A stretch of 64,000 nt of DNA, taken from Nitrospirota bacterium (lineage in GTDB: Bacteria; Nitrospirota; UBA9217). Location: NCBI GenBank assembly GCA_963751455.1, contig CAVVUN010000015.1, positions 96,001-160,000 of the forward strand. Reading direction: 5' to 3'. Shown piece by piece: positions 30,854 through 40,776 of this stretch. The number at the start of each line of letters is the position of its first letter. Position 1 is the stretch's first letter. The translations under genes and the position numbers were made by a program. The notes below the pieces were generated by a model, which worked only from the letters and a program-made list of their open reading frames with translations, was not told the origin of the DNA and made no database searches.

Positions 30854-31126
30854 ATGACTATGACGTCCTGTCGACCAGGCTGCGGCGCATGCTGTATCGC
30901 CCCTTCAATATCCTCACCTATTCCCGGCATGCCGCAGGGAAAGCCGGCTGGGCTACGGTGTCCTCACCTTTCAAATGATAATCTCTGCCTCTTGTTCGGA
31001 GCCGTTGACCGTCCGCACGTATGCAGTTCATACCAGCCGAACAGGCAGTTCTGCGGCGACACTAATGATGCGGCACTTGAGATCCTGTACAAACTGGAAG
31101 CCTCGACCTTGCCCGCCGATAAATAA
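30854..31126 (+). CDS. YkgJ family cysteine-cluster protein
   Basis: CRPGCGACCIAPSISSPIPGMP.GKPAG.RC, RP.VC. Confidence 0.88.
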   Translation: MTMTSCRPGCGACCIAPSISSPIPGMPQGKPAGLRCPHLSNDNLCLLFGAVDRPHVCSSYQPNRQFCGDTNDAALEILYKLEASTLPADK

Positions 31127-31252
31127 ATAAAACCCTGTCGCATCATCACGGGTTAGCAATCACAGGGACTCCGTTCTGAACCGACTGCATGATATACTAG
31201 ATGTAGAAAAGCGTCGGCATTCCTCCTCCGAATCGCGAATAATGAAGGGAAT

Positions 31253-32104
31253 ATGGCATCTCCTCGATTGGTCGATAATACTCTGAAAGAGGTCGTCCGC
31301 CTGCGGGAGGAGGTCAGGCAGCTTCGATCCGTCCTAAGACGCCTCACCCCCGGCCTTGAAACGCTGCTGCAGAGACGCGGTTTTCATATCTACAAAAAAG
31401 AGCCAGTGCAGGACCTCCTGATTCCTGCAAAAGAGTTCGAAGAGCATTATTACAGGATGCTGGGTAAATATTCGTTCCGGCTTTTTTTGCGTGACGTTAT
31501 CAAGCACCAGGACTTCTTTACAGTCGATCAAGTGACGCGGTATGCAACACCGAAGGTCACACGTTCGTATATCACTTACGCGTCCGGGGCTGGACTGCTT
31601 GAACCTGTGCCTTCGGGCTACCGGCTGGCAAAAAGGCCGATCATGAGCTTCGGCACAACGCTCGAGTGGTACCTGGCCGAGGTGTTTAAAAGGGAATTCA
31701 GCGCGGAAGCGGTATGGGGCGTCAAGTTCAAGCGGCCCCGGGTAGGCGGAGATTACGATGTAATTGCGAAGATAGATGGGAACCTGTTGTATGTGGAAGT
31801 CAAGTCGTCTCCTCCGAAACAAATCTACGACAGCGAGATTGCGGCTTTTCTAGACCGAATCAGGGACCTTTCTCCGGAAATCTCTATCTTTTTTATGGAC
31901 ACCGAGCTGCGAATGAAGGACAAGATCGTGCCGATGTTCGAGAAGGCGTTTGCGGCCCGCTTAACCGAGGCGCCCCCGATCGTGCGGATTGAACGCGAGC
32001 TTTTTGGAATAGAAAACAGGATATTCATCGTGAACGCAAAAGAGGATATTGTGGGAAATATTTCGAGGATTTTGTATTCGTATTACCGGAAAGAAAGCGC
32101 TTGA
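31253..32104 (+). CDS. Hypothetical protein with PD-(D/E)xK-like C-terminal domain
   Basis: N-terminal coiled coil; LEWY ... GGDYDV ... YVEVKS motif. Confidence 0.65.
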   Translation: MASPRLVDNTLKEVVRLREEVRQLRSVLRRLTPGLETLLQRRGFHIYKKEPVQDLLIPAKEFEEHYYRMLGKYSFRLFLRDVIKHQDFFTVDQVTRYATPKVTRSYITYASGAGLLEPVPSGYRLAKRPIMSFGTTLEWYLAEVFKREFSAEAVWGVKFKRPRVGGDYDVIAKIDGNLLYVEVKSSPPKQIYDSEIAAFLDRIRDLSPEISIFFMDTELRMKDKIVPMFEKAFAARLTEAPPIVRIERELFGIENRIFIVNAKEDIVGNISRILYSYYRKESA

Positions 32105-32131
32105 AATTGCACGTACATCAAAGGTAAACCC

Positions 32132-32202
32132 ACCACGGAGGCACTGAGTCACGGAGGAAAAGACATTACTGGTTTTCTCTGTGCTCTCCGTGTCTCCGTG
32201 GT
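32132..32202. repeat. 9-nt-period inverted repeat hairpin (CACGGAG family)
   Basis: accacggaggcactgagtcacggag ... ctctgtgctctccgtgtctccgtggt. Confidence 0.85.
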
Positions 32203-32214
32203 TAAAACCTGCTT

Positions 32215-33009
32215 TTACGGGTAATCGGCGTTAATCTTCATAGAAACATATTCATGAAGCATTTCTATAGCGCCATCGATTTCCCGTTGTCGAGGCAGGG
32301 TCACAGCTATCTGGTCGATAATATTTCTTTCCCGGACCAGTTCGAGCGATCGCTTGAAGTGAAGATCGAAAATCCAAGAGAGCTGCAGAAGTTTAAAGTC
32401 GTTCAGTGTCACAAGCGCCGACAAGTGGACCATCTCCTTTTTTGCAAACGAGTTAAGCACGGATTGAGAGTAGTCTCCATTGTCCGGCAGCCCGAGCGCC
32501 ACAGCGGATGCACGGTCTTCATCCGGTGTGCGGTAAAATTCGATAAACACGCGCCAGATATCGAGCTTGTCAGCGTCGCGCACCATTTTTACGAGTAAAA
32601 GGAGATCCGGATCAAGGCCGTCCGGAATGGTATAAACATTATGGAGAGTAACGGCACGGATGATATGGTCCTGTTCCTGCTTTGATAAATGTCCAAGCAC
32701 CTTGTTTTCGATCAAGGCCTTGGCGCCGAGGGCTGCATGGTTAGCCGAGAGGCGATCGTTATAGGTCCGATAGGCGCCATATTGCGGGAACCTGCCGACG
32801 TCATGAAAAAGCGCGACTGCTTCGGCAAGCAGCATTTTGTCCGTTGATAAGGCTAAAGACAGTGCGATCTCCGTCATGTTCGCACAAACATGCCAGGTAT
32901 GCTGCTCCTTGAGAAGAATATTCTTCTGGTCCGCCTGGATGGGAGTGTAGAAGGTGCTGCAGAAACCGGAAAACCACGTTTTGAAATTATCTAGCTCTTG
33001 TCTGTCCAT
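32215..33009 (-). CDS. HD-domain phosphohydrolase
   Basis: KEQHT, ALFHDVGRFPQY, NHAALG, VRDADKLDI. Confidence 0.9.
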   Translation of the reverse strand: MDRQELDNFKTWFSGFCSTFYTPIQADQKNILLKEQHTWHVCANMTEIALSLALSTDKMLLAEAVALFHDVGRFPQYGAYRTYNDRLSANHAALGAKALIENKVLGHLSKQEQDHIIRAVTLHNVYTIPDGLDPDLLLLVKMVRDADKLDIWRVFIEFYRTPDEDRASAVALGLPDNGDYSQSVLNSFAKKEMVHLSALVTLNDFKLLQLSWIFDLHFKRSLELVRERNIIDQIAVTLPRQREIDGAIEMLHEYVSMKINADYP

Positions 33010-33095
33010 TGGAATATTGAAAAGCAGTGTTTTGAATTTCGTATTCTACTGTACCGGTCCTGCCCGCGTCAAGCAGGTTTATTCTTAGGTATGGA

Positions 33096-33124
33096 TTGAC
33101 ACCTGCGCGCGCCTTTGCTATCTT
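33096..33124 (+). promoter_or_regulatory. Sigma70-type promoter upstream of the cupin gene
   Basis: TTGACA-17 nt-TATCTT with TG extension. Confidence 0.55.
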
Positions 33125-33135
33125 GTCCAAACTAA

Positions 33136-33267
33136 CAGGCACGTGAAAAAGTCGTTTAAGTGGTTCGACAGGCTCACCACGAACGGATAAAAGCAAAGAA
33201 TTTTCAAGGGTCCCTCCGTCAGCCCTGAGCTTGTGAAAGGTGAGCGGAGGGTTTTTTCAATAGTCTG
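33136..33267. mobile_element. MITE with imperfect TIRs, TAA flanks and an internal REP-like doublet
   Basis: TAA-caggcacgtgaaaaa ... ttttttcaatagtctg-TAA; internal ttcgacaggctcaccacgaacgg / ccgtcagccctgagcttgtgaa. Confidence 0.65.
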
Positions 33268-33318
33268 TAAAGAGTGAGTACTTAATCAGCAGCAGTGTCA
33301 ACTCTAGGGGGAGATACG

Positions 33319-33681
33319 ATGTTCATACGGGAACTGAAGGACTGCGAAGAATTTACCGCCGGCGATAAAAGCATCCTGCGTGAGATCCTGCACCCGGACA
33401 AGGCAGACTTGCGGATCAGGTACAGCCTGGCCCATGCCGTGGTGAAGCCGGGACAGACTACCTTGAAGCACCGGCTCAGGACATCCGAAGTTTACCATAT
33501 TCTGGAAGGTGAGGGTGTCATGCACATAGACACTGAGACCCGGCATGTCCGGCCCGGCTCAACCGTCTATATTCCCCCTGAGGCTTTGCAGTTCATTCAT
33601 AATCCGGGTTCAACTGACCTGGTGTTTCTTTGCATCGTGGACCCGGCTTGGCGGAAGGAAGATGAACAGGTGATGGCCTGA
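33319..33681 (+). CDS. Cupin domain protein
   Basis: HRLRTSEVYHILEGEG, VYIPP...Q.I.N; GGGGGAG RBS. Confidence 0.9.
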   Translation: MFIRELKDCEEFTAGDKSILREILHPDKADLRIRYSLAHAVVKPGQTTLKHRLRTSEVYHILEGEGVMHIDTETRHVRPGSTVYIPPEALQFIHNPGSTDLVFLCIVDPAWRKEDEQVMA

Positions 33682-33771
33682 AGGGCATTGCAAATTGTAA
33701 AATGAAAATTGTAAACTGCATCGGGGGACTCGGGCATTAACAAAATGCAAATGTATAGCGAAGGAGGTGCC

Positions 33772-34335
33772 ATGGAGGTTTTTGACGCGATCAAATCAAG
33801 AAGAAGCATCCGAAAATACCAGGACAAGCCGGTCGAGGATGAGAAGCTTCACGCCATCTTGGAAGCTGTCCGCGCGGCGCCGTCCTGGGCAAACATGCAG
33901 TGTTGGCGAATGATCGTTATAAAGGACAAGGCGCAGCGTGAAAAAATCAGCAACATGTCGTTTGTGGAGTCTTTTTTCGCTCCGAAGGGATATAAGTCCA
34001 ACCCATCAAAAAAGGCACTTGCGGAAGCTCCGGTAGTGATCGTGCTCTGTGCGGACCCGTCGCAGTCCGGAGTGCTCTGGGACCAGAACTATTATCTGGT
34101 TGATACAGGCATCGCAGCCGAGAACCTGATGCTGACTGCCCGCGCCCAGGGCCTCGGAACGGTTTTCGTGGGCATATTTGAGGAACAGAAGATAAAAAGC
34201 CTTTTAAATATTCCCGCTGCAGTTAGAATTGTGGGACTGTTTCCTCTGGGATATCCCACAGAGGAAAAGAAAGAGGGGCCGCCGCGCAAAGCCATGCCCG
34301 AGATCTGTTTTTATGAGCAGTGGGGGAAGAGCTGA
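33772..34335 (+). CDS. Nitroreductase family protein
   Basis: [33 protein letters not shown]; AAGGAGGT RBS. Confidence 0.93.
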   Translation: MEVFDAIKSRRSIRKYQDKPVEDEKLHAILEAVRAAPSWANMQCWRMIVIKDKAQREKISNMSFVESFFAPKGYKSNPSKKALAEAPVVIVLCADPSQSGVLWDQNYYLVDTGIAAENLMLTARAQGLGTVFVGIFEEQKIKSLLNIPAAVRIVGLFPLGYPTEEKKEGPPRKAMPEICFYEQWGKS

Positions 34336-34377
34336 AAAAGTCAGAAGGATTGAAACGCGGAATATCAAGCGGTTAAA

Positions 34378-34512
34378 TAGAGTCTGTATTTAAATGTCCT
34401 TTTTCGTCATGCCGGACTTGATCCGGCATCCAGGGGTTTTTGAAAAGACTGGATTCCAGCCTTCGCTGGAATGACGGCCTTTTGAAAATTAGTAATTAAA
34501 ATACAGACTCTA
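34378..34512. mobile_element. MITE with 14-nt perfect inverted ends (TA-bounded) enclosing a REP-like hairpin
   Basis: tagagtctgtattt / aaatacagactcta; inner gtcatgccggacttgatccggcatccag ... ctggattccagccttcgctggaatgac. Confidence 0.75.
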
Positions 34513-34577
34513 AATCAAGAAAAAGATAAGATCACATACGAGGTGCTGTTTGCTGAAAAAATGGAAACTCGCTGTTA

Positions 34578-35795
34578 TTATATAAACGCCCGTGTTTTTT
34601 CATTCCATGACGTGACCAAATAGTAGGCCAGCATGATGACGATGATGACCAAAACGGACCAGTCATAGGAAAGATAATGCGGCAGAAATATGCTTTTCCC
34701 CATTGCAGAAGATAGCCTCGGGGATGTGTCCAGAATTCTCTGGCTCAGCGAATTCGAGACGGCAAGGAAAACAACAGCGATTATTTGCTTAAATCCGCCT
34801 TCGGCCGATCGCCAGCATGCACCGCTCCCGCATCCTCCCGCGAAGGGCATGCCGAACCCGAAGACAATCCCGCCAAAAAAACTTCCGAACCAGAACGTTG
34901 GCGCGACGTACACGCTTTCATGCCTGAGGCCGCCCGATTTGAGCGCGGCGAATCCTATCACGCTCACAATGACAGCAATCGCCATGGCCCTCGCCTGGTC
35001 CGCGTTGCCCGACGCGAACGGTTCACGGAAACCCTGGAGAAAGGCGAAGCGGCTGCGGTGAACGATTATCCCGAAAGCAAGCCCGGCAATGAGCAGACCT
35101 GCTGTCTTGATATAATTGTATCCGGTCGCCGGGTCAGTTCCCCGGGAACGGTAAAGATAGGCAGCTATTACCGCAAATACAAGTGCGAGCGTCCCGAGAT
35201 ACGGCTGGATTTTTTTCCAGTCTTCGGTGCCGTGCTTCGCGGCTTTCGGCCGTCCGTCTCCACGCTTGAACCGGAAGACCTGCAATTCCCAGTAAAGGTA
35301 CCTGATTTCGAGATTCACTCCCACGATCAGGCCAGCCATCATTGCGATGCCGCCGAGCGAGAGAGCGCTCGTAGCGCTAAAAAATCCTCCTACATTGCAG
35401 CCTGCTGCCATCGCGGTCCCGATGCCCATGAAAATGCCCCCGATTGCTCCCCGCAACAACTCGAATGGCGGTGCGATTTTCCAGCTGAATTCGCGCGATA
35501 AGAGGGCGGACGTGAATGCGCCCCAGATCAAACCGAAGGTGAGAAGGGAACTGCCGCTCAAGAGAGGGGAGTAAAAAGGGTGAGAATCATACAGTCCGAA
35601 GTAATAGAAGGACCAGTCGACCCATTCTCGCATGCCGCCGACAATCCCCCAGGGCCGGGCCCACGCAAAGGTGAAGACGCTGGCGATACCGAGCAGAAGT
35701 CCGCCCAGCCATGCAGGCCATCTTTTGAAAAAAATCCTGGCGTACGCGTCCTTAAGAAGCGGAATTAAGACTCTCTCTTCCTCAGAACGTGTCAT
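34578..35795 (-). CDS. YeeE/YedE (sulfur-compound transporter) two-domain membrane protein
   Basis: GGIFMGIG..MAAGCNVG and GGIVFGFGM..AGGCGSG repeats; many TM helices. Confidence 0.88.
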   Translation of the reverse strand: MTRSEEERVLIPLLKDAYARIFFKRWPAWLGGLLLGIASVFTFAWARPWGIVGGMREWVDWSFYYFGLYDSHPFYSPLLSGSSLLTFGLIWGAFTSALLSREFSWKIAPPFELLRGAIGGIFMGIGTAMAAGCNVGGFFSATSALSLGGIAMMAGLIVGVNLEIRYLYWELQVFRFKRGDGRPKAAKHGTEDWKKIQPYLGTLALVFAVIAAYLYRSRGTDPATGYNYIKTAGLLIAGLAFGIIVHRSRFAFLQGFREPFASGNADQARAMAIAVIVSVIGFAALKSGGLRHESVYVAPTFWFGSFFGGIVFGFGMPFAGGCGSGACWRSAEGGFKQIIAVVFLAVSNSLSQRILDTSPRLSSAMGKSIFLPHYLSYDWSVLVIIVIMLAYYLVTSWNEKTRAFI

Positions 35796-35801
35796 GGGCA
35801 G

Positions 35802-38090
35802 CTATTCAATCTTAGACGGTTGCGCCGGTTCTGTGGAGGCCGTGGTCGTGGTAATAACAGAAACCGGTTGATCGGGTATTTGAACAGAGCCCGTAGTTTC
35901 GAAGCCCGCAGATCCGCCGCCACCGCCTCCGACAGCTATGCCTCCGATGCCTGTCCCAACCCAGCAGCACGGATAGTAATACGAGTAGCTTTCGGGTAGT
36001 TCCACCACTTTTTTCACATCAAGCAGATCTGAGCCTGCAACCGTTATTGAACGATGTGCTATGGAGAAGATGTCGGCGCCGATGATAACCGAGCGGTCTA
36101 CTGTGTCCTTATAGCTGCCGTAGCCGCTCGTTATGGTTGGAGCCGATATCATTCCGCGCAGGTTAATGCTTGCAGGTTCAATATTAAATACATTGAGTCC
36201 CGAGGTATATGTGTATGTACCCTCGCTATAGAAATTGATTCCGTTGATAGTGGTAGAGGTGCCGGCGGTATAGGTTGAGTTGTAATATGGGATTGTCAGC
36301 AGCCCTTGATAATAGAGGAATGCGTGAGGATCATAAACTGCATTTGACCAACCCGACCCCAATTCGTAAGTGGAAAGAAGCGTGGGGTTCGCGAGATCCG
36401 TCACTTCGAAAAGCTGGAGTTTGTTGCCGCCACTTAAACGTCCAGTGTCATCCGCTGAAGGACCGATTGTCAGAAGCTGCTTATTGCTGTTGTTGCCGTC
36501 AATGAGGTGAATGTAGGTCGCAAATCCGTTGACCTTGATTTCACCGGCAACTTTCGGATTCGCAGGATCGCTCAGGTCCAGGGTAAACAAGGGATCGGTC
36601 TGGCGGAAAGTGACCATGTAGCCGCGGTCCCCGTCATAGCGCATGGAATAGATGCTTTCGCCCGGTGCAAGTCCGGTGATTTTTCCTTTCTCCACGAGTT
36701 TACCGTCGTCCTCGGACAGAACAGCAAGCTGGTTGCTTCTGGTTTCGCCCCACCATCCGCCGCGCGTCGTGCCGATCCGGAGATATCCCTGGTAATCGCT
36801 CATACTGAATCTGTCGTTGACCCACCCGTCCACCATGCCGCTGCCCCTGTATACAGGTTTGCCGTCAGCCGTGTCGACGCTGAACTTGTGTACTGCCGTA
36901 CGGGGCTCCGGGTTCTGCTGAGGTGCGGCCGCATCGGAAAGCGGCTCTATCCACCACCAGTTATTGTCTGAAGCAAGGTAAAGGCTTTCCGTGTTCATGT
37001 AGATCCTGCACCAGGAGCTGAGGACGCCTGAAGAGGCAGGTGACGGATCCTGCTTCGAAATATCGAGACTAACAACGACGGAGATGTCGGTTCCATTTCC
37101 GAATTCAGGAATGTAAACGTCCTGGTAGTTCACTATCGGACCGCTTAAAGGAGATCCGGCAATGCCGCCGGTGTACAGCGTGCGCGTGTAGGATGGCAGA
37201 AGATCGTCGAGAGTCAGCGCCTCTATTCTTTTTTTGTTTTCAGCCAACGCCTGGGCGACAGCTGCTTGGAATGAATTCTGATCATATGGATACGCGAGGT
37301 AGTCCCAGGGCGTAGCAGGAAACGCGAGGTCTATTGAGTGATTCATTACAAGGTAAATGGTGTCATTGATCCTGCGGCTTCCCTGCGCAATACCAGGAAA
37401 AACAAAATTCGCGGTTAACGTTGGAGCTGTGGGGGTTGCTGCATCGTACAAAGAAACCTGAGTAAAATAAGTGGACTGCATGAGGGATGTTTCCGCGGAG
37501 GATGTCTTAACCTGATAATTGTACGTATTTGAGACCAGGGTAACGAGGCTGCCGGACAGATGGAGTTCGCTGATCGGCTGTTTGAGATCGATGTTGCTGA
37601 CTATCGCTGCTTGGTCAGCGGGGCTCGCCTTTAAAATAAGGAAGCGGCTGCCCCGCGCAAGATATATGTATGATCCGTCAGTCTTGACGATATCTCCCTC
37701 ATCGACGCCCTGCTCCTGGTTGTTGGTTTCTGAAAAAGCAAGAGAACTGGATCCCTCGGTACCGGAATCCGTGCCGGCAATCGTTGAAATAGTGGAATCG
37801 GCACCTGTACCGCCGGATGTGCTGCCTCCTGTCGATGGGCCGGTCCCTCCTCCCGTTGACATTCCGAAATCATAATAGTACATGTAGCCGGTATATATCC
37901 GCTCATAACGGCGCACCAGCTCGGCCTTGAGCCGTTTCTTGAGGTCCACGGCATCGACGGGCTTGACGAGCTTGGCTGAAAAGACAAATTCTGAGTCAAC
38001 GGTCTTGTGGTCCCGGCTGCATGAGTTGAAGAAAAGGAGCGAGGAAAGAATAAAAAAGACGAGCAGTCCAAGAGAGCGGTGCTTATTCAT
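35802..38090 (-). CDS. Secreted beta-propeller domain lipoprotein (Beta_propel family)
   Basis: FNSC lipobox-like; FSETNNQEQGVDEGDIVKTDG, GESIYSMRY, VTFRQTDPLF.LDLSDP, YDPHAF. Confidence 0.85.
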   Translation of the reverse strand: MNKHRSLGLLVFFILSSLLFFNSCSRDHKTVDSEFVFSAKLVKPVDAVDLKKRLKAELVRRYERIYTGYMYYYDFGMSTGGGTGPSTGGSTSGGTGADSTISTIAGTDSGTEGSSSLAFSETNNQEQGVDEGDIVKTDGSYIYLARGSRFLILKASPADQAAIVSNIDLKQPISELHLSGSLVTLVSNTYNYQVKTSSAETSLMQSTYFTQVSLYDAATPTAPTLTANFVFPGIAQGSRRINDTIYLVMNHSIDLAFPATPWDYLAYPYDQNSFQAAVAQALAENKKRIEALTLDDLLPSYTRTLYTGGIAGSPLSGPIVNYQDVYIPEFGNGTDISVVVSLDISKQDPSPASSGVLSSWCRIYMNTESLYLASDNNWWWIEPLSDAAAPQQNPEPRTAVHKFSVDTADGKPVYRGSGMVDGWVNDRFSMSDYQGYLRIGTTRGGWWGETRSNQLAVLSEDDGKLVEKGKITGLAPGESIYSMRYDGDRGYMVTFRQTDPLFTLDLSDPANPKVAGEIKVNGFATYIHLIDGNNSNKQLLTIGPSADDTGRLSGGNKLQLFEVTDLANPTLLSTYELGSGWSNAVYDPHAFLYYQGLLTIPYYNSTYTAGTSTTINGINFYSEGTYTYTSGLNVFNIEPASINLRGMISAPTITSGYGSYKDTVDRSVIIGADIFSIAHRSITVAGSDLLDVKKVVELPESYSYYYPCCWVGTGIGGIAVGGGGGGSAGFETTGSVQIPDQPVSVITTTTASTEPAQPSKIE

Positions 38091-38271
38091 AAGGATCCTC
38101 CTTATATATATGGCGGCGCCAGAGGAGAGCTATACGCGTGCCGCAAAAAAGCGCCAGGCGAGAAGAGAAATCTTTGCTATATTTTGTATCGACTAGAATT
38201 TAACAGTTCCCGACTATAGTATCTATTATTAATAAGCGATTGTCAACTCTGCAACTGCCTCTATCCGCTGT

Positions 38272-38757
38272 TTACAAATTCAAAACCTGCCTTATCCGAG
38301 CCGCTATCCGGTCAGGCTCCTGGCGGGCGTCGATAATCACAGCATCAGCTGGTTCCTCCAGAATCTCGAATTGACTTCCAAGCAGCTTGGCTTTCATGAA
38401 GTGTTCCTGCCGGGCCAGTAAGCGTTCGTGAAACAGGTCATAGCTTCCTTTCAAATACACAAACCTGAGATCTGCGATATTTTTCTCCAGGGTGTCCCGG
38501 TAAGACTTCTTCAAAGCGGAACAGGCAACTACGGCAGATCGTCCGGCATGATCGAGTTCCACAACGAGTCGTGCGAGAGCCGCCAGCCAGGGAGCCCGGT
38601 CCTTGTCGGTCAAGGGCTCCCCTTTTGCCATTTTTTCTCGATTGGCAACAGGATGAAAATCATCCCCGTCGTAAAAAGGCCACCCCAGCTGGTTTGAAAG
38701 AAGCCGTCCGATGGTGGTCTTGCCGGACCCGGCAACTCCCATTACAATTATTATCAA
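38272..38757 (-). CDS. gntK: Gluconokinase
   Basis: MGVAGSGKTT, DGDDFHP, PLTD.DR.PW, ACSALKKSYR, HFM..LL.SQF..LE; start approximate. Confidence 0.92.
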   Translation of the reverse strand: MIIIVMGVAGSGKTTIGRLLSNQLGWPFYDGDDFHPVANREKMAKGEPLTDKDRAPWLAALARLVVELDHAGRSAVVACSALKKSYRDTLEKNIADLRFVYLKGSYDLFHERLLARQEHFMKAKLLGSQFEILEEPADAVIIDARQEPDRIAARIRQVLNL

Positions 38758-38785
38758 AGAATGTCCTTCACAAGAAAGCAATATT

Positions 38786-39226
38786 TCAAGGGTAGTTTAG
38801 AACAGAACCGTTGTTAAGGAGAAGATAATTCGTCCATATGCTCCCCTTTACAGTATCCCTTATTGACACATTTCCGAATCCGGCCGGAGAAGTACAGACC
38901 CATATCCCAATTTTTTCTTCGCTGCCGACTCTTCCATCAAAAATGAGCCCCTCTATGCAGAATGAGCTGTCCAGAAGGGCCTTCGCTTCTTTACATTCTC
39001 CTGAATATGGGTTTTGTTGACATGAATCGCCGTTCGCTTTGATTCTGGCTTTTTCGCATTCAATTCCTCTCGATGGTTTACATACCTCATCGCGAATCTG
39101 CAGATTACCGGGGAACACGGATGTATACCGTATCGTCACGCGAACATATCCCCTGATTTCCTCCTGAGCATGACAGATGAGCGGCAGAATGACCAGGACG
39201 AAGGGCAATAATAATAGCTTCTTCAT
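38786..39226 (-). CDS. Secreted Cys-containing hypothetical protein
   Basis: AAGGAG RBS; MKK signal peptide; six Cys in the mature part. Confidence 0.65.
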   Translation of the reverse strand: MKKLLLLPFVLVILPLICHAQEEIRGYVRVTIRYTSVFPGNLQIRDEVCKPSRGIECEKARIKANGDSCQQNPYSGECKEAKALLDSSFCIEGLIFDGRVGSEEKIGIWVCTSPAGFGNVSIRDTVKGSIWTNYLLLNNGSVLNYP

Positions 39227-39355
39227 GCTAAGCGCTCCTTCTTTTTAAGATGAGGAATTTGTTTTGATGCCCGATGGAGATAGTATGGATAAAGACAGGA
39301 TGGATGTCAATAATATTTCAACTGAAAAAATCCTCTTTTCATGTTATATTTGCGC

Positions 39356-40627
39356 ATGCAGTTTATTGCGGACCTCCACGTTCACTCCCGCTACTCCCGG
39401 GCCACCAGTAAAGACATGTCCCCGGAGGGCATATGGAAATGGGCGCAGCTCAAAGGCGTTACGGTGATCGGCACAGGAGACTTCACCCATCCGGAGTGGC
39501 TCAAGGAGCTGAACGAAAAGCTGGAGCCTGCGGGGAACGGCTTATTCCAACTCAAAAAACAGTTCCGGACCGATGATATTCCTGAATCCTGCAGGTCCGA
39601 CGTGTTCTTTATTCTCTCGGCCGAGATCAGTTGCATCTACAGCAAGAACGGCAAGACCCGTAAGGTCCATGCCGTGATCGTCGCCCCTGATTTTCAGGCA
39701 GCGGATCGTCTTAACAGCACGCTCGCGAATATCGGAAATCTTCATTCCGACGGAAGGCCGATCCTTGGTCTTGACGCCGGAGAACTTCTTAGAATCGCGC
39801 TTGAGGCCTCACCCGACAATCTTTACATTCCAGCCCATGCATGGACTCCCCACTTCTCGGTCTTCGGCGCCGCATCGGGATTCGACTCTCTCGGAGAATG
39901 CTTCGGGGATTTAACGCCGCATATTTTCGCGATCGAGACCGGCCTCTCTTCGGATCCGCTTATGAACTGGAGGCTGTCAGCGCTCGATCATATAACCCTT
40001 CTGTCGAATTCCGATGCCCATTCCCCGGCCAAGATCGGGCGAGAGGCCAATATTTTCGACACCGAATTGTCCTATCAGGGAGTGATACAGGCGATCAAGA
40101 CGCGGAAAGGCTTTAAGGGCACGATCGAATTTTTCCCGGAAGAAGGGAAATACCATTATGACGGGCACCGCGACTGCGAGATCAGTCTTTCTCCGAGCGA
40201 AACCATCCATTACGATTATTGCTGCCCTGTCTGCAGCAGGAAGGTGACGATCGGCGTAATGCACCGTGTCGAGAAGCTCGCTGACCGCGAGCACGGGTTC
40301 AGGCCGCCGAATGCTCCCGGCTTCACTTCGATCATCCCCCTTCCGGAGCTCATAGCACAAGCGCTGCATGTCGGTCCTGCATCAAAAAAAGTCAATGCAG
40401 TGTATTTTTCGATGCTCGAGAAGCTCGGGAACGAATTCAGCATTTTGATGCACGTGGCGACCCAAGATGTAGAGGACGCCGGCTCCGGAAGAATCCGTGA
40501 GGCTATAGAGCTCATGCGGACCGGCAGGGTGAACATAGCGCCTGGGTACGACGGCGAATTCGGAAAGGTCAGAATCTTCGAGCCGGTCAAGCGAAAAGAG
40601 ATCAGGGGGCAGATGAAGCTGCTGTAA
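39356..40627 (+). CDS. Endonuclease Q family (PHP domain plus Zn finger, TIGR00375-like)
   Basis: ADLHVHSRYSRATS, GTGDFTHP, PAHAWTP, ETGLSSDP, NSDAHS, GKYHYDGHR.C, CPVC, PGYDGEFG. Confidence 0.9.
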   Translation: MQFIADLHVHSRYSRATSKDMSPEGIWKWAQLKGVTVIGTGDFTHPEWLKELNEKLEPAGNGLFQLKKQFRTDDIPESCRSDVFFILSAEISCIYSKNGKTRKVHAVIVAPDFQAADRLNSTLANIGNLHSDGRPILGLDAGELLRIALEASPDNLYIPAHAWTPHFSVFGAASGFDSLGECFGDLTPHIFAIETGLSSDPLMNWRLSALDHITLLSNSDAHSPAKIGREANIFDTELSYQGVIQAIKTRKGFKGTIEFFPEEGKYHYDGHRDCEISLSPSETIHYDYCCPVCSRKVTIGVMHRVEKLADREHGFRPPNAPGFTSIIPLPELIAQALHVGPASKKVNAVYFSMLEKLGNEFSILMHVATQDVEDAGSGRIREAIELMRTGRVNIAPGYDGEFGKVRIFEPVKRKEIRGQMKLL

Positions 40628-40776
40628 AACTGATAGGGGACAGCAACTTGCTATGCCCGTTCAATATTCAAGATTTAATATTCACTGTATTCGCGGGGCA
40701 GAGTTTCAGCTATAGAGTCATGGAGCAGAAATAAGAGAAAAAGCCTGCCCGATCCCGGCCGGCACAAGGAGCGTCA

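Noticed and set aside
35920-35930. ccaccgcctcc as a duplicated ssrA 3' end (attR)
   Set aside because: Only 11 nt, and explained by a poly-Gly codon run inside an intact minus-strand gene.
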